A stretch of DNA of 51,580 bases, the filler included, from Streblomastix strix (taxonomy: Eukaryota), in the NCBI GenBank assembly GCA_008636045.1. It is 3 parts of 3 records of this genome, joined end to end, with 100 filler letters (N's around TTAATTAATTAA, not from the genome) between each part and the next. Parts side by side here need not be neighbours in the genome. Positions count along the whole stretch, not along the records: positions 34,465 to 51,580 come from SNRW01000723.1; 2 more parts are not named here. One strand, given 5' to 3'. Below the pieces are notes generated by a model that saw only the letters and a list, made by a program, of their open reading frames with translations, was not told the DNA's origin and made no database searches. The translations under genes and the position numbers were made by a program. Below are positions 40,800 through 51,580 of this stretch, in pieces (the stretch's first letter is position 1; each line of letters starts with the position of its first letter).

Positions 40800-40930
40800 A
40801 TTTTTTCTCACATATGTTTTTTTCATTAATAAATTGGCCAGTTGGCCAGTTGGTTACAGCTTTTTATAAAAGTTTTTGACTCAATCCACCCAATCCACAC
40901 GGTCCAGTCAAATGTCATTCATTTCAGTGC
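40800..40930 (-). repeat. Conserved intergenic element, copy B (inverted)
   Basis: Reverse complement reads atgaatgacatttgactggaccgtgtggattgggtggattgagtcaaaaacttttataaaaagctgtaaccaactggccaactggccaa. Confidence 0.9.
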
Positions 40931-40976
40931 TTAAACCAAATTGTTTAGAACATCCAAAAACTAGTCTAATTTATAC

Positions 40977-41278
40977 TCAATCCTATTCAATTAATCTTTC
41001 GCACAAGTTCTTATACGTACTTGACCTTCTATTTTTGATAACTTATAGCCGTCCAATTTATATAATTTGTTTAATTTTTACGTTGATAGTTTAGATAATT
41101 ATTATTGATTTTAGGAAATAAATTATTTGAAATCGTTTAAGTTCTCAAAATATTTATGTCCGTTAATATATCCTTCGACCCCCTCCTCGAGTGGTATTTC
41201 TTCCTATTCATCCGTTTCTATTTATAATTTTGAAGTAAATTAATTGTTTTTTCTATTGTCAAATAATATTCTTTCCAT
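40977..41278 (-). pseudogene. Small hypothetical viral protein
   Basis: MERILFDNRKNNQFTSKLQIETDEQEEIPLEEGVEGYING...; probable frameshift. Confidence 0.35.
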
Positions 41279-41312
41279 TTAATTTCTGCAAAAATAAATA
41301 AAATTATGTCTT

Positions 41313-42177
41313 TCATTTGTCTTCCATCGTGTGCTTTATAAAATTTATGACATCATCCATTAGTTCAGGTTTAAAGATGTATCTGTACTTATGAAACTTT
41401 ATTTAATCTCCAAACATTTCATATAACTAATCTTTTATTTCATAATTTTTTGACATACTTATAGATAGTTTCGTAGAATAATAAACTATCCTTTAACTCT
41501 CTCATTAGCTTTTTGCTCGTACAATATTTATTTCTACGTCTAATATTAAGGATAGTGTTGTCGTTCTCAACACCATCTTCAACTTGAACAGCGAATATAT
41601 AATCTGTTTAATATCCATAAGGAACAGCACGCGTTTCCAATTATTTTATATCATTTTCTTTCTATATTATTTATTCTTTTAATTAATTTATTTTTGCTTA
41701 TTGTTCTTCCATATCTCTATCAAATGCTATAGAAGCTTATTCGACCATACTAGTCGAATCATCTAATTAGTGTTCCAAATGAATTCGTTCATTGATTTAA
41801 TCCATGATTTAATTGACAAATTCGATATATTTTATTGATGTTTTCATACATATTAAATTTACTAATTCTTTATGAATATACGTTCCCTTTGTCTCATTAC
41901 TTAATTTATTTCCTAATTAATAGTCTAATTATTGTTGGGCTAATTGAGCCCGACGAATATTTTAGATGTGTTCTTTATATTCCCTATACATCGGAGATTA
42001 AAATATTTTCTTTAATTATTTACATGATTTTTCTTTTTCATTTATTGAAGAAACAAGTTTTGTACCATTGATATATCCATCTTTGTCTCTAATCACTATA
42101 TCAAAACCTTTATAAGAGCCAAGAGTGAAAGTTTTATTATTAGATGTAATTTATGATGTTGTTGTTGTTGATTCCAT
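41313..42177 (-). pseudogene. KilA-N domain DNA-binding protein
   Basis: GSYKGFDIVIRDKDGYINGTKL...KGTYIHKELVNLICMKTSIKY, then a coiled coil and RAVP; frameshift(s). Confidence 0.85.
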
Positions 42178-42389
42178 TTTATATACTGATAAAAAAAGTT
42201 AGATTTAAATAAAAATAAAACGATTAATTTTTAAAATCATATTTGTTTGAATATTAACTGGTGCTGCGGATATCCGCCGGACTCATTTATGCTTAAAATT
42301 TCTAGGAACTATTTTTAGTTGGTAGCGCGGCCCGATGATTTGAACAAAAATATACGCATCAGCTTACCGCCAAAATTTTGGCACTAGAC

Positions 42390-42788
42390 TTTTTCAATAT
42401 TCCAGCATCAACACCAGAACAAATTTTAATTAATTTTAATTTATGTCCAATAATTCTTAATTTAACGGAACCATACATATAAATATCTGTTTTTGTTGTA
42501 TTAGATGAAAGGCTTATAGACTCTTTATTCATTACAATAGCTTACAAATTAATCGAAATATTATTCTTCTTGAACCATCGAACTATGAACAGAAATGCCC
42601 TCATTAGCGCCTTAGTTTGAACAATGACATTGGCAGAATATTATTTTTCTTTGATTATCTGAATTTACAAACGCGTATGGTAATGCAAAACCTACTCCAT
42701 TCTAACCGATTTCCCCGATTACAACTCCATCATCTTATGCTAAAGTGTAATATTTTATGTTTTATGCTGATGTCATATTTGAAGCCAT
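42390..42788 (-). pseudogene. Candidate minor capsid (penton-like) protein
   Basis: MASNMTSAQNIKYYTL/..FALPYAFVNSDNQRKIIF..ISVHSSMVQEEQYFDQFVSYCN; small, beta-rich, directly downstream of the capsid gene. Identity is inferred. Confidence 0.35.
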
Positions 42789-42922
42789 TTATTAAGAAAT
42801 AAATAAAAATAATTAATGTTCATATAACTAATGACCTATTTAATTAACTATATTAATGTTTAGGTGTTAATTATATATAAATAAAAAATTAAAAAATGTT
42901 CTCAATTAATGGGTTAGTTCGT

Positions 42923-44645
42923 TCATCCTGCTAGTGGTCCAATTACCTCATCAAATGAGTGGTTTGTATCATATATGCAGCTTCCGCCCGCCGCGGGTGA
43001 GAATAACCAAAATGTATCATGAACTGTGCATAAAATAGGAGGCGGTGGTCTCTTTCCACTGGTATCAACATTATAGTATGAATCTGTTGCTCCTTGATAT
43101 ATTGGTGCTCCTATAAGTTCGACTGAAGGGTTTTAGTTCTGAGTGTCTAGTCCGTCAAAAGTCAATGCTCCATTACTATTCCTTTCACATTAAAGAGTTA
43201 TCAAAAAGCTTGTTAAATCGGTGTGAGGATTCAATCTTCGAGTTGCTGTATTTCTTGGTGTTGTCAAAGCATCTTCAAATTCATCAGTGGCTTCGAATAA
43301 CAGGTCAAGATTTGACGCATTGTGTTATAATTAAAAGAATTATTGGTCAAGAATATTCTTAGACATGTCTAGGAAATTACGTCAGCAGGTGGTTATTTGC
43401 ATGTTCTGATAGCAAGGATTTTCAAAGCATGTCGTAGCTCTTGCATCTTTAGGGAATGGAAGGCAGAAATCGGTTAAGTGAGACAGAGGAATATTTTAAG
43501 ATGTTCGTATTCCTGTTAATGTGGCACTCGTTGGAAATGGCCATACTTCCACACATTGAGCGGGAACAACAAATGGGCGTTAGCTGTAGAATTATCGGAC
43601 TCGATTAAGGCATGCGTCCGTAGCTTTATAACTTGCCATGTTAGCCGTGACCTCTGTTATGACATAATTTTTTATATTTATGGTAACGGGTTTGATGTTG
43701 CATCCTAAATTCTTCAATCCTGATTCAGTTAGTAGCTCCGCATGTAGTCCTGTAATAATGTCAGCAGAACATCCTAATTATGTAAATTATTTGGTGTATT
43801 AGAATGTCAGACTCCAATTTCTGAACATCAAATCGATGTCCATTAGCTTCTATTGACTCCTACCCAATAACTCATCTTTATTCATTGTGTAATATTTTGC
43901 CATTGAAATAATTGGATTCACTTAACAGAAAACGAATGCATAAGGATTTATTTTGAATTTTATTTTTAAATCACCAAATAGGCCATTAGGATAATCAGTA
44001 AAGGTAGAGAATATCAAGAAGTCATCAAGTGGAATGCTGACTCTGAAGCATATTGGAATTATATATAGAACGGCTGTTTGATTTCCTATTAGCTCTTCAA
44101 TTTCTCGCATACTTATATATGTTCCACACGCTGAAGTATCAAAATTATGAATATTCTCATAAAGGGAATGAATATGTTTACTATTATATTTTCTCACTTT
44201 TTGGCTTAATAGTGTTATAAATGAATGATTCAGTTGTTGCATCATTCTATAAGCCTAAATCAATTATTTTACCTCTATGATTGATGGTATATTCTCTAAT
44301 AAGATTTGAACCTGATTTTAGACCTACGAATAGAACCAATCCGTCTTTATATGATTCATCAATTTTATCAAATTTATCATCAAGTTAGATTTTAGCAGTT
44401 AGCACTATCGACAAGAACGAATTTTATATCTATATGATGTCGTGGTCAGTGTCTGATGAACTAATGATTATCTCATTATCAAATAACGCTGGCATTTATG
44501 ATTCTGGTTTGATCTCCTTGATTGAAAAATGATGTTCTCCGTCATTAGTGAATGGAACAACGGCATTACCTAATAATGTTTCTTCAATGGTCCCTGCTTG
44601 TTGTAAATGTGTGGCTTTCATTAAGAATCTATTCATCTTTTACAT
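42923..44645 (-). pseudogene. Putative major capsid protein, lineage B (~570 aa)
   Basis: MQKMNRFLMK..LFVGLKSGSNLIREYTI..VSIPLDDFLIFSTFTDYPNGLFGDLKIKFK..PPPILCTVHDTFWLF..EVIGPLAG-TGA; frameshift near 44200. Sits with the ATPase and pPolB. Confidence 0.68.
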
Positions 44646-44734
44646 TCAATAAAAAAATGAAATAGTTAAATAAATACTCAATGAAATAATAAACTTTTGA
44701 TGAAACATCGATAATGAAACATAAAAGTTCATGA

Positions 44735-44878
44735 TTTTGGCGTGGATAATTGATGTGGTTTATGAATGGCTTTTAGCTGCACCGAGTGCATCGAGTGCAT
44801 CGATTCAAAAACTTTCATCAAAAACTGCTGCCAGCCTACCATTCTGCCAGATGAGAGAAAAATAAATAAAAATAAATA
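44735..44878 (+). repeat. Conserved intergenic element, copy C
   Basis: ttttggcgtgg..tatgaatggcttttagctgcaccgagtgcatcgagtgcatcgattcaaaaactttcatcaaaaactgctgccagcctaccattctgccag. Confidence 0.9.
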
Positions 44879-44940
44879 GGTCGGTCTTCCGACCTCCGCC
44901 TGCGGCTGTTCAAATTTTCAAACATTAATTTTATTATTTT

Positions 44941-45255
44941 TCATTGGTTTTATAATTATATTCTTCGACTCTGTATATCAATAGGTAAATTTTATCTTAA
45001 ATATTCATCATTTCTCATCGTTTCAAAATCTTATCTAATTTAACCATTTTTATCCGCACCATAGCCATAATCAAGAAATGAGCTAGCAACATCTAAACCT
45101 TTGCCTATTGTTTAGCCGACAGGACCCAATGCTCCAAGTATCGGTTTAGCAAATGGTTTTATAAACGGTTTATAAACGTTATCATTAGCCCATTAAAGAC
45201 CCTTCCCTACTTTTTAAACTAACTGCTTTATTTTTGAGAATATGCCTACAGCCAT
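44941..45255 (-). CDS. Intact 104-aa amphipathic-helix protein, pVI-like candidate membrane-lytic protein
   Basis: MAVGIFSKIKQLVQKVGKGLQWANDNVYKPFIKPFAKPILGALGPVGQTIGKGLDVASSFLD...QNQ-TGA; immediately upstream of and co-directional with the capsid gene. Confidence 0.65.
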
Positions 45256-45311
45256 AAGTTTATTTATAATAAAAATAAAATTTTATGTGTATTATTTTGG
45301 ATTTGAATAAA

Positions 45312-45465
45312 TTATTTTTTTATTAATGTTTTCTCACTTCTGGCAGAATGGCAGGCTGGCAGCAGTTTTTTATGAAAGTTTTTGACTCGGAACACTCGGA
45401 ACACTCGGAACACTCGGAGCAGTTAAAAGACATTCATTAACCGCTTCAAATATCCGTGCCAAAAT
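45312..45465 (-). repeat. Conserved intergenic element, copy D (inverted)
   Basis: Reverse complement ttttggcacgg..ttaatgaatgtcttttaactgct(ccgagtgtt)x3 ccgagtcaaaaactttcataaaaaactgctgccagcctgccattctgccag. Confidence 0.9.
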
Positions 45466-45486
45466 AATGCTTTTTATTGATGTTTT

Positions 45487-47066
45487 TCAGAAATCATACA
45501 TTTCACTTGCACAATATTTATAAACATCTGCTGTATCCATCGGTATTGACTCTTATGGTTCTGATAATTAAAAGTACAGCATTTTAAATTATGAATTTAC
45601 AATAAAATAATTCACTGAAAATTTATTCTATCTTCCGCCCTATGTGCTATATATAGCTGCAGGGAAGTCCAAACTTTTACCATCTGCAGGTAATGCAGAA
45701 TCAGGAATACGATCAACTTCTTATGTACTCCCTTGCAAACCTTTAGATTCGAAATATAGATTAATTACGCATACTCTTCAAGTGCCATCATCGACGATAT
45801 AGAACGTATTATTTGCTGATGAGGGGAAAAAATCATTTATCATAAACTGATTATAGACATTTGTTATCATATATTGTGGTTGTGGTGATGAACCTATTTA
45901 TTTTTCATGTTTTATTATTACTTCGTCGATGTGAGATTCGGGTTCTTCAGATAATGATTCGTTTGATGCTGATGCGCTGGTGAAGTTATCAATGATATAT
46001 GTTCCTTGAAATTCACAATCAAACATACTTAATTTTCCACTAACGGCTACCTATATAGCTGACGATTTATCATACATATCTTTGAACAAACACGTATCAG
46101 AAAACTCTTATTATTCGACATGAACAGGCATATATTTCGTATTAGGTGGTAGAACTTTTATACTAATTGTCGAGAATAATTTATATACAGTTTATTATGT
46201 ATGAGAGTTGGCGCTTAATTGTGCCAATTTTGCCCCAAAGCTATAAGTGATAAATGGACTATCTTTAATAAAATATGCAGCTCTATTTGCCTTAAATATC
46301 GCTTATTCATCCATAAGTTTTATTTCACTGTTCAAATAATTAGTTCGATTTAGCCATTACACACATGCCTCGATTAAATCTGTTTATTTTTAACTATTTC
46401 ATAGACATACGATTATGCTTCAAATTAACCTTTTCCATTAACAGTTCACGGATCCATAATGTCAATTTTTCCGTCATTATTGGCATCATAATTTATTTTT
46501 TTCGATGATTCATAATTTTTATAGTATGTAATGTTTAGCACTAAAGCAGTATTTGACGGCAGCCACCGAGAGCTTATAATAAATGGCCCCCCTTAATCGA
46601 TATAGCAAAATATATTATATGTATTAGAAGCGTCGGTTCCAACTAATGCAATCACTTAATCACCCTGTTTTGGTCTTGCTTCTTGTGAATAACTTTTAAA
46701 TAAATATCCGTTCGGAAATACACCTGTTGTTGCATATGATGCTGTCAATGTAATTCTATCGCCATAATCGATTAATTATGGATCTGAACCACTAGATGCT
46801 AAAAAACTTTATCGCTCTAATTATGAACTCAAATCCAATTTCGTTATTGCATTCGGCACTGGTGGCTCGAATACTTCGTTTGATGCGTAGATAATATCAT
46901 TATTATTTTTCATTTGCTACTGCAGAGTTTGGTCCCCAATTGGAACAGGTTGCGGTAATTCACCAATAGGTTTAGGATAACGTTCTTTGATATATGAGTA
47001 TAATTCAGGGAAGTCAGATAATCCTGCAGCGTCTAACAATCTTTCATCGATATAAACGTTCGACAT
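45487..47066 (-). pseudogene. Putative structural/receptor-binding protein with a Ca-binding-type loop
   Basis: MSNVYIDERLLDAAG..SQEARPKQG..YDANNDGKIDIMD..IPDSALPADG..EMYDF-TGA; internal TGA and frameshift. Confidence 0.5.
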
Positions 47067-47149
47067 TTATATTCAATAAAAATAAATAATTAATACAAAC
47101 AATTTCAAGCAATAATAAGCAGAGACAATAATTGAAATGATTAATGTTT

Positions 47150-50100
47150 TCATTTTATCCAAGTTGCCGATGCATATTAAATATATGTATTTGTTGTTGA
47201 TTTTAATGTAATTAATCCAGTTGAATGAGTAATAGATACATAACCTCCTTTATCGACAGTATGATTCGGAAATGGTATATATGTAATAACAGCAACATCA
47301 TCCTAAACTAAGTAGTCAGGATTAGAAGTTCCTGCGTTATAATTTCCTCCATAAGCGAGTAATGAAAATATATAAAGATTTCCGATTCTAATTAATTTAT
47401 ATTATATTACAGCTCCATTCATGCTAGAAAATGCCGACGATGTTAAGTTTTCAATCCCTCCAAATGATGATAATAATCGGTCGCCACCACCAGCCAATAA
47501 AACTGATGTTTCATCTTTGCCTGTTTTCACAAATCCTGTCGCTTTAACATTAGCATTGAATGTTTTTGTGCCATTAATTTCTTAATTATTAACAGTATTA
47601 ACGTAATTTGTTAGTTTTGCATCAACTTTTGACTAAGTTAAATAAGTATTAGCAACTGGGTCCTATGTTTCATCGTATGTCTCACCAAATGTGCTAACAT
47701 ATTTTAATCTTCCTTTTATTGTTTATTAAATTGAACCTTCCAATCTTACATATTTATTATCCGTTTCTGTTTTCGAATATGTTTATGTTTTTGTGTAATA
47801 ATCTGATAAATCAGTTGGAGAACCGGCGAATTCAGAAATTAGTTTTGTTTCACCTGCTCCAAGTAATACAATGCTATCATCAGCACCAGATTTAACAAAT
47901 TATGAGCCTGTAATTGTTGCCATTCCATCAATTGAATTTACGAATCTACAAGCATTTTTGAATGTCTTATTTGCTGTTATTGTCTATAAAGTGCTCAAGT
48001 TCATATAACCACTTAAATCAACATCTCAAACTTCAATTTGAGATATTAATTAATCAGTTTCTGTTTTTGTATAAGTTGTTGATTGATTTGTTTTCAACAA
48101 CAGCAGCGCATCATCTTCTTATTTGGTGTATGAAACTCCTGAATCTTCTTTACTATTTAAAAGATTATTGGTATCGCCTTTAGTGTATGAATCAATCAAT
48201 TAAGTTTTATCAGCCTTCAACAACAAAAGAGCATCATCTTCTCCTTTAGTGTATGAAGCTCCTGAATTGGCTTTATTATTTAAAAGATTATTGGTTTCGC
48301 CTTTTATATATGAATCAATCAATTATGTTTTATCAGCTTTTAATAACAACAGAGCATCATCTTATGTCTTAGAGTATGAAACTCCTGAATCAGCGTTATT
48401 ATTAAAGGACTATCAGCTTCGCCTTTAGTATATACATCAATTAGTTACGTCTTATCAGCCTTCAAAAGCAGCAACGGATCTTCTTCCTATTTGGTGTATG
48501 AAACTCCTGAATCGGTTTTATTATTTAAAAGATTATTGATTTCGCCTTTTGTATATGAATCAATCAATTATGTTTTATCAGCCTTCAATAACAACAGAGC
48601 ATCATCTTATGTCCTAGTATAAGCATCAATATAATCGCTTACGTTCAATTTGTCATCGAGCAGAGCATCGACTTCCGTTTTATTGTAAGCATCAATTAGC
48701 TCAGTTTTATCCGCTTTCAAAAGCAGCAACGCATCATCTTATGTCTTCGTGTAAGCATCAATTTAATCGCTAACGTTTAATTTTAAATTTAGTTTTTAAT
48801 CTGTTTCAGTTTATGAATATATTTGTGATTTATTATAATAATTTGAAAAATCAACGCTTGCATTTATGTCCTATATTACCATAACACCACCACCAGCAAG
48901 TACTACACTTAAATTATCATAATTTTGAACTTATATGCCAACAGAATGGATAGTGCTGGTAAATGTTTTTGAACCGCTAATATTTTAATCATAGTCTACG
49001 GTAACAAAATTTATATTTTTCGCAGGTGTTAATGTATTTCCACTAAATGATAAATCACTTATTGCATTGCCTCAACCTGTAGCTGTTCAAAGAGTTGTAA
49101 TGACGTTGGTCTTATCAGGTTATTCAGTTTCTAACACTTTTAAATCAGAGCCATCCTACCAATAATCCACTACTTATTTATCAACTATATATGAATTATC
49201 ACCTATTACAAGTTTCGCAACATTGTCCTGAATTGCCATCCAATCATTCAATTCTGACTATGTATCAAATACATATGCTTTTGACTTTCCAGAAGCAATT
49301 TCTCGAACCTCTTATAATTCAGTTTAATTCACTAATGAACTCACAAGCATATCACCACCACCAGCGAGAAGTATAGAAGCGTCATTTTTACCCTATTTTG
49401 AAACACTTGCGACTGTCATAATATTGAACTATTTTTGACCTGATATTGTTTGAGCAGTGCCTAAATTAACGTTATCCGCAAGCTCTGATTTATCAGCCTT
49501 CAATAACAGCAACGCATCATCTTCTTATTTCATGCAAACATCGATTTAATCAGAAATATTTAATTTTTCGTCGAGTATGGCATCAACTTATGTTTTATTG
49601 TAAGCATCAATTTAATCGGATATATTTAATTTGCCATCGAGTAGGGCATCAGCTTCAGTCTTCGAATATGCATCAATAAGCTCTGACTTATCAGCCTTCA
49701 ATAACAACAGAGCATCATCTTCTTATTAAGAGTAAGCATCGATTTAATCGGATATGTTCAATTTTTCATCAAGTAGGGCATCGACTTCAATTTTCGAATT
49801 TGCATCGATTTAATCAGAAATATTTAATTTTAACGCAAGCAATTCATCATCTTCAGTCTTTGAATTTGCATCAATGAGCTCTGATTTATCAGCTTTCTAT
49901 AATAGCAGAGCATTATCTTCTTATTTGGTATATGCATCAATTTAGTCAGACATATTTAATTTTAATGCAAGCAATTCATCATCTTCAGTCTTTGAATTTG
50001 CATCAATGAGCTCTGATTTATCAGCTTTCTATAATAGCAGAGCATTATCTTCTTATTTGGTATTTGCATCAATTTAATCAGAAATATTTAATTTTTTATC

Positions 50101-50277
50101 TAGCATTTCATCAATTTCTTCACGATTATAAGGTTCTGGTGCTTCATTAATTATATTTATTAAATTTTCAATATTTTTTACTTCGTTAATTAAGCCAATA
50201 GTGTTATACTTACTTGAACCATAATGCACTTAATCATGATTTAACACAACATCAAGCATATGCAAATCTCCGTCCAT
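47150..50277 (-). pseudogene. Long repeat-rich fibre protein (~1040 aa)
   Basis: Many ~18-22 aa repeats IDAYTKxEDDALLLLKADK / LNISDQ; IASGKSKAYVFDT..DYW module; GNAISDLSFSGNTLT; GFVKTGKDETSVLLAGG; beta-rich tip ending YASATWIK-TGA. Several stops and frameshifts. Confidence 0.75.
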
Positions 50278-50309
50278 TTTATAAAAATAAAAATATATAA
50301 TTAACGGTT

Positions 50310-50829
50310 TCAAATTTTATTTAACACAGTCATTAAACCTTTTGATACTGCACCAATAATTTTACTTGTTATCTCTTCTAAATCTAAAGTACTTGTTATT
50401 TTTCTTATTTTTTTATAAACATATTTTATAGCTGTCCCTTAATAAATTTTCCTTTTCGACGTTCAACTTTAAAATATTTACATTCCCAATCAATATCTCA
50501 TTTAACGTTTGAGTTGAGTCGTTGCAGAATCTATCACAACTTTCTTCATCCTCTATACTCAATTAAATTTAACTTTCAGGGACGTCAAAAGTGTAGGCAA
50601 CAACCCGAATCAATTAATATTCAGATAATACGAAATGTGCTGATTCTTTAACCATATGTTCATCTTCACTAACAATATCCAACAGCCAACGACACACAGA
50701 TGGGTCTGGAGTTAAAGTTTCTTCAAACATTGAACTTCGGCGCCTTGCCGACAGCGTTGGCGTTTCACATCTGATAATCTGTTGCTGAAATGGTTGTTGA
50801 AATGGTTGCTGAAATGGGTCAAATTTCAT
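50310..50829 (-). pseudogene. Hypothetical viral protein
   Basis: MKFDPFQQPFQQPFQQQIIRC..RWLLDIV..LSEYQLIRVVAY continues with TAA=Gln; 3' part probably frameshifted. Confidence 0.45.
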
Positions 50830-51237
50830 TTTCAAATTATGGCTCTACATCTGGAATAGTTGGACTCTTCATTTTAATCATGTTAAAAATATTTAATTAT
50901 TCACATTAAATAAAACTGATAATTCATATCCATCATTAGTATCAGAATGAACAAAAATGGTCATATTCGGAATCAGCGCATATGAATTGTGTATATAGTT
51001 GATTATCAAACGATTTTAAAATTTCATGAAAATATAGTTATTTTTTAATTTCTAATTTCTATATAATGACTGTAAAATTTTAAGCCAAAAAATATGCCAA
51101 AAAATTAATGTTTCCATATTGCCTTGAGAATGATGTTTATATACAATGTTGATACGTAGAATTCAAAAATGATATTTAAATTGATATCTTGAACTGTTGA
51201 TGAATCCGAATTTTGCAATATAAAAGTGTATGATTTT

Positions 51238-51360
51238 AGCACGAGAAAATGGAATAGTTAATGAATGACTTTTTGACTGGACCGAGTGGATTGGGTGGAT
51301 TGAGTCAAAAACTTTTATAAAAAGCTGTGGCCAACTGGCCAACTCATTAATAAAAAAATA
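51238..51360 (+). repeat. Conserved intergenic element, copy E
   Basis: Near-identical to copy A: ttaatgaatgactttttgactggaccgagtggattgggtggattgagtcaaaaacttttataaaaagctgtggccaactggccaac. Confidence 0.9.
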
Positions 51361-51462
51361 AAATTATGCAAAAAATAAAAATTTGAAAAACTAAAAATAT
51401 AAACTTATTTTAAAAATAAACGAATTTATATTATACAAATTCAACTTTTTAACAATATATAA

Positions 51463-51580
51463 ATGGAATCAAAAGACAATCAAGCACAAACTAGCCAATC
51501 ATTAACAATTCAAGAACGCATCTAAAATTTATATGTGAATACTTATGATTATAATAAATTTCCAATCATTGGTAAGACAG
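51463..51580 (+). CDS. Start of a hypothetical viral protein (3'-partial)
   Basis: aaATG then MESKDNQAQTSQSLTIQERIQNLYVNTYDYNKFPIIGKT, open to the window end. Confidence 0.4.

Larger units (their letters stand above)
34465..51580. mobile_element. Endogenous Polinton/Maverick-like virus filling the whole contig; ends not captured
   Basis: pPolB, A32-type ATPase, KilA-N, capsid-like and fibre genes; intronless and densely packed. Confidence 0.88.

Overview
AT-rich eukaryotic DNA made of three unrelated contigs of about 17.1 kb (1-17143, 17244-34364, 34465-51580), joined by artificial N-TTAATTAATTAA-N linkers. The supplied ORF track is mostly misleading because the DNA uses a TAA/TAG=Gln, TGA-only-stop code (table 6 type). 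Code, intron style and gene families suggest an oxymonad such as Streblomastix (inference). Host genes: a P/Q/G-rich repeat protein, a 4-RRM protein, a Lys/Ser-rich protein, an alpha-helical hypothetical protein, eEF1B-gamma, and a multi-intron SH3-kinase-SPRY-like gene. About two-thirds of the window is decayed endogenous Polinton/Maverick-like dsDNA virus: four protein-primed PolB copies, an A32-type packaging ATPase, three putative major capsid genes, KilA-N, phage-type fibre genes, and a small amphipathic protein resembling adenovirus pVI next to each capsid gene. The most unusual signal is a conserved ~130-150 bp non-coding element present five times in contig 3, in strictly alternating orientation, which divides the virus into inverted-repeat-bounded gene modules. 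All translations were done by eye, no database searches were run, and pseudogene boundaries are approximate.
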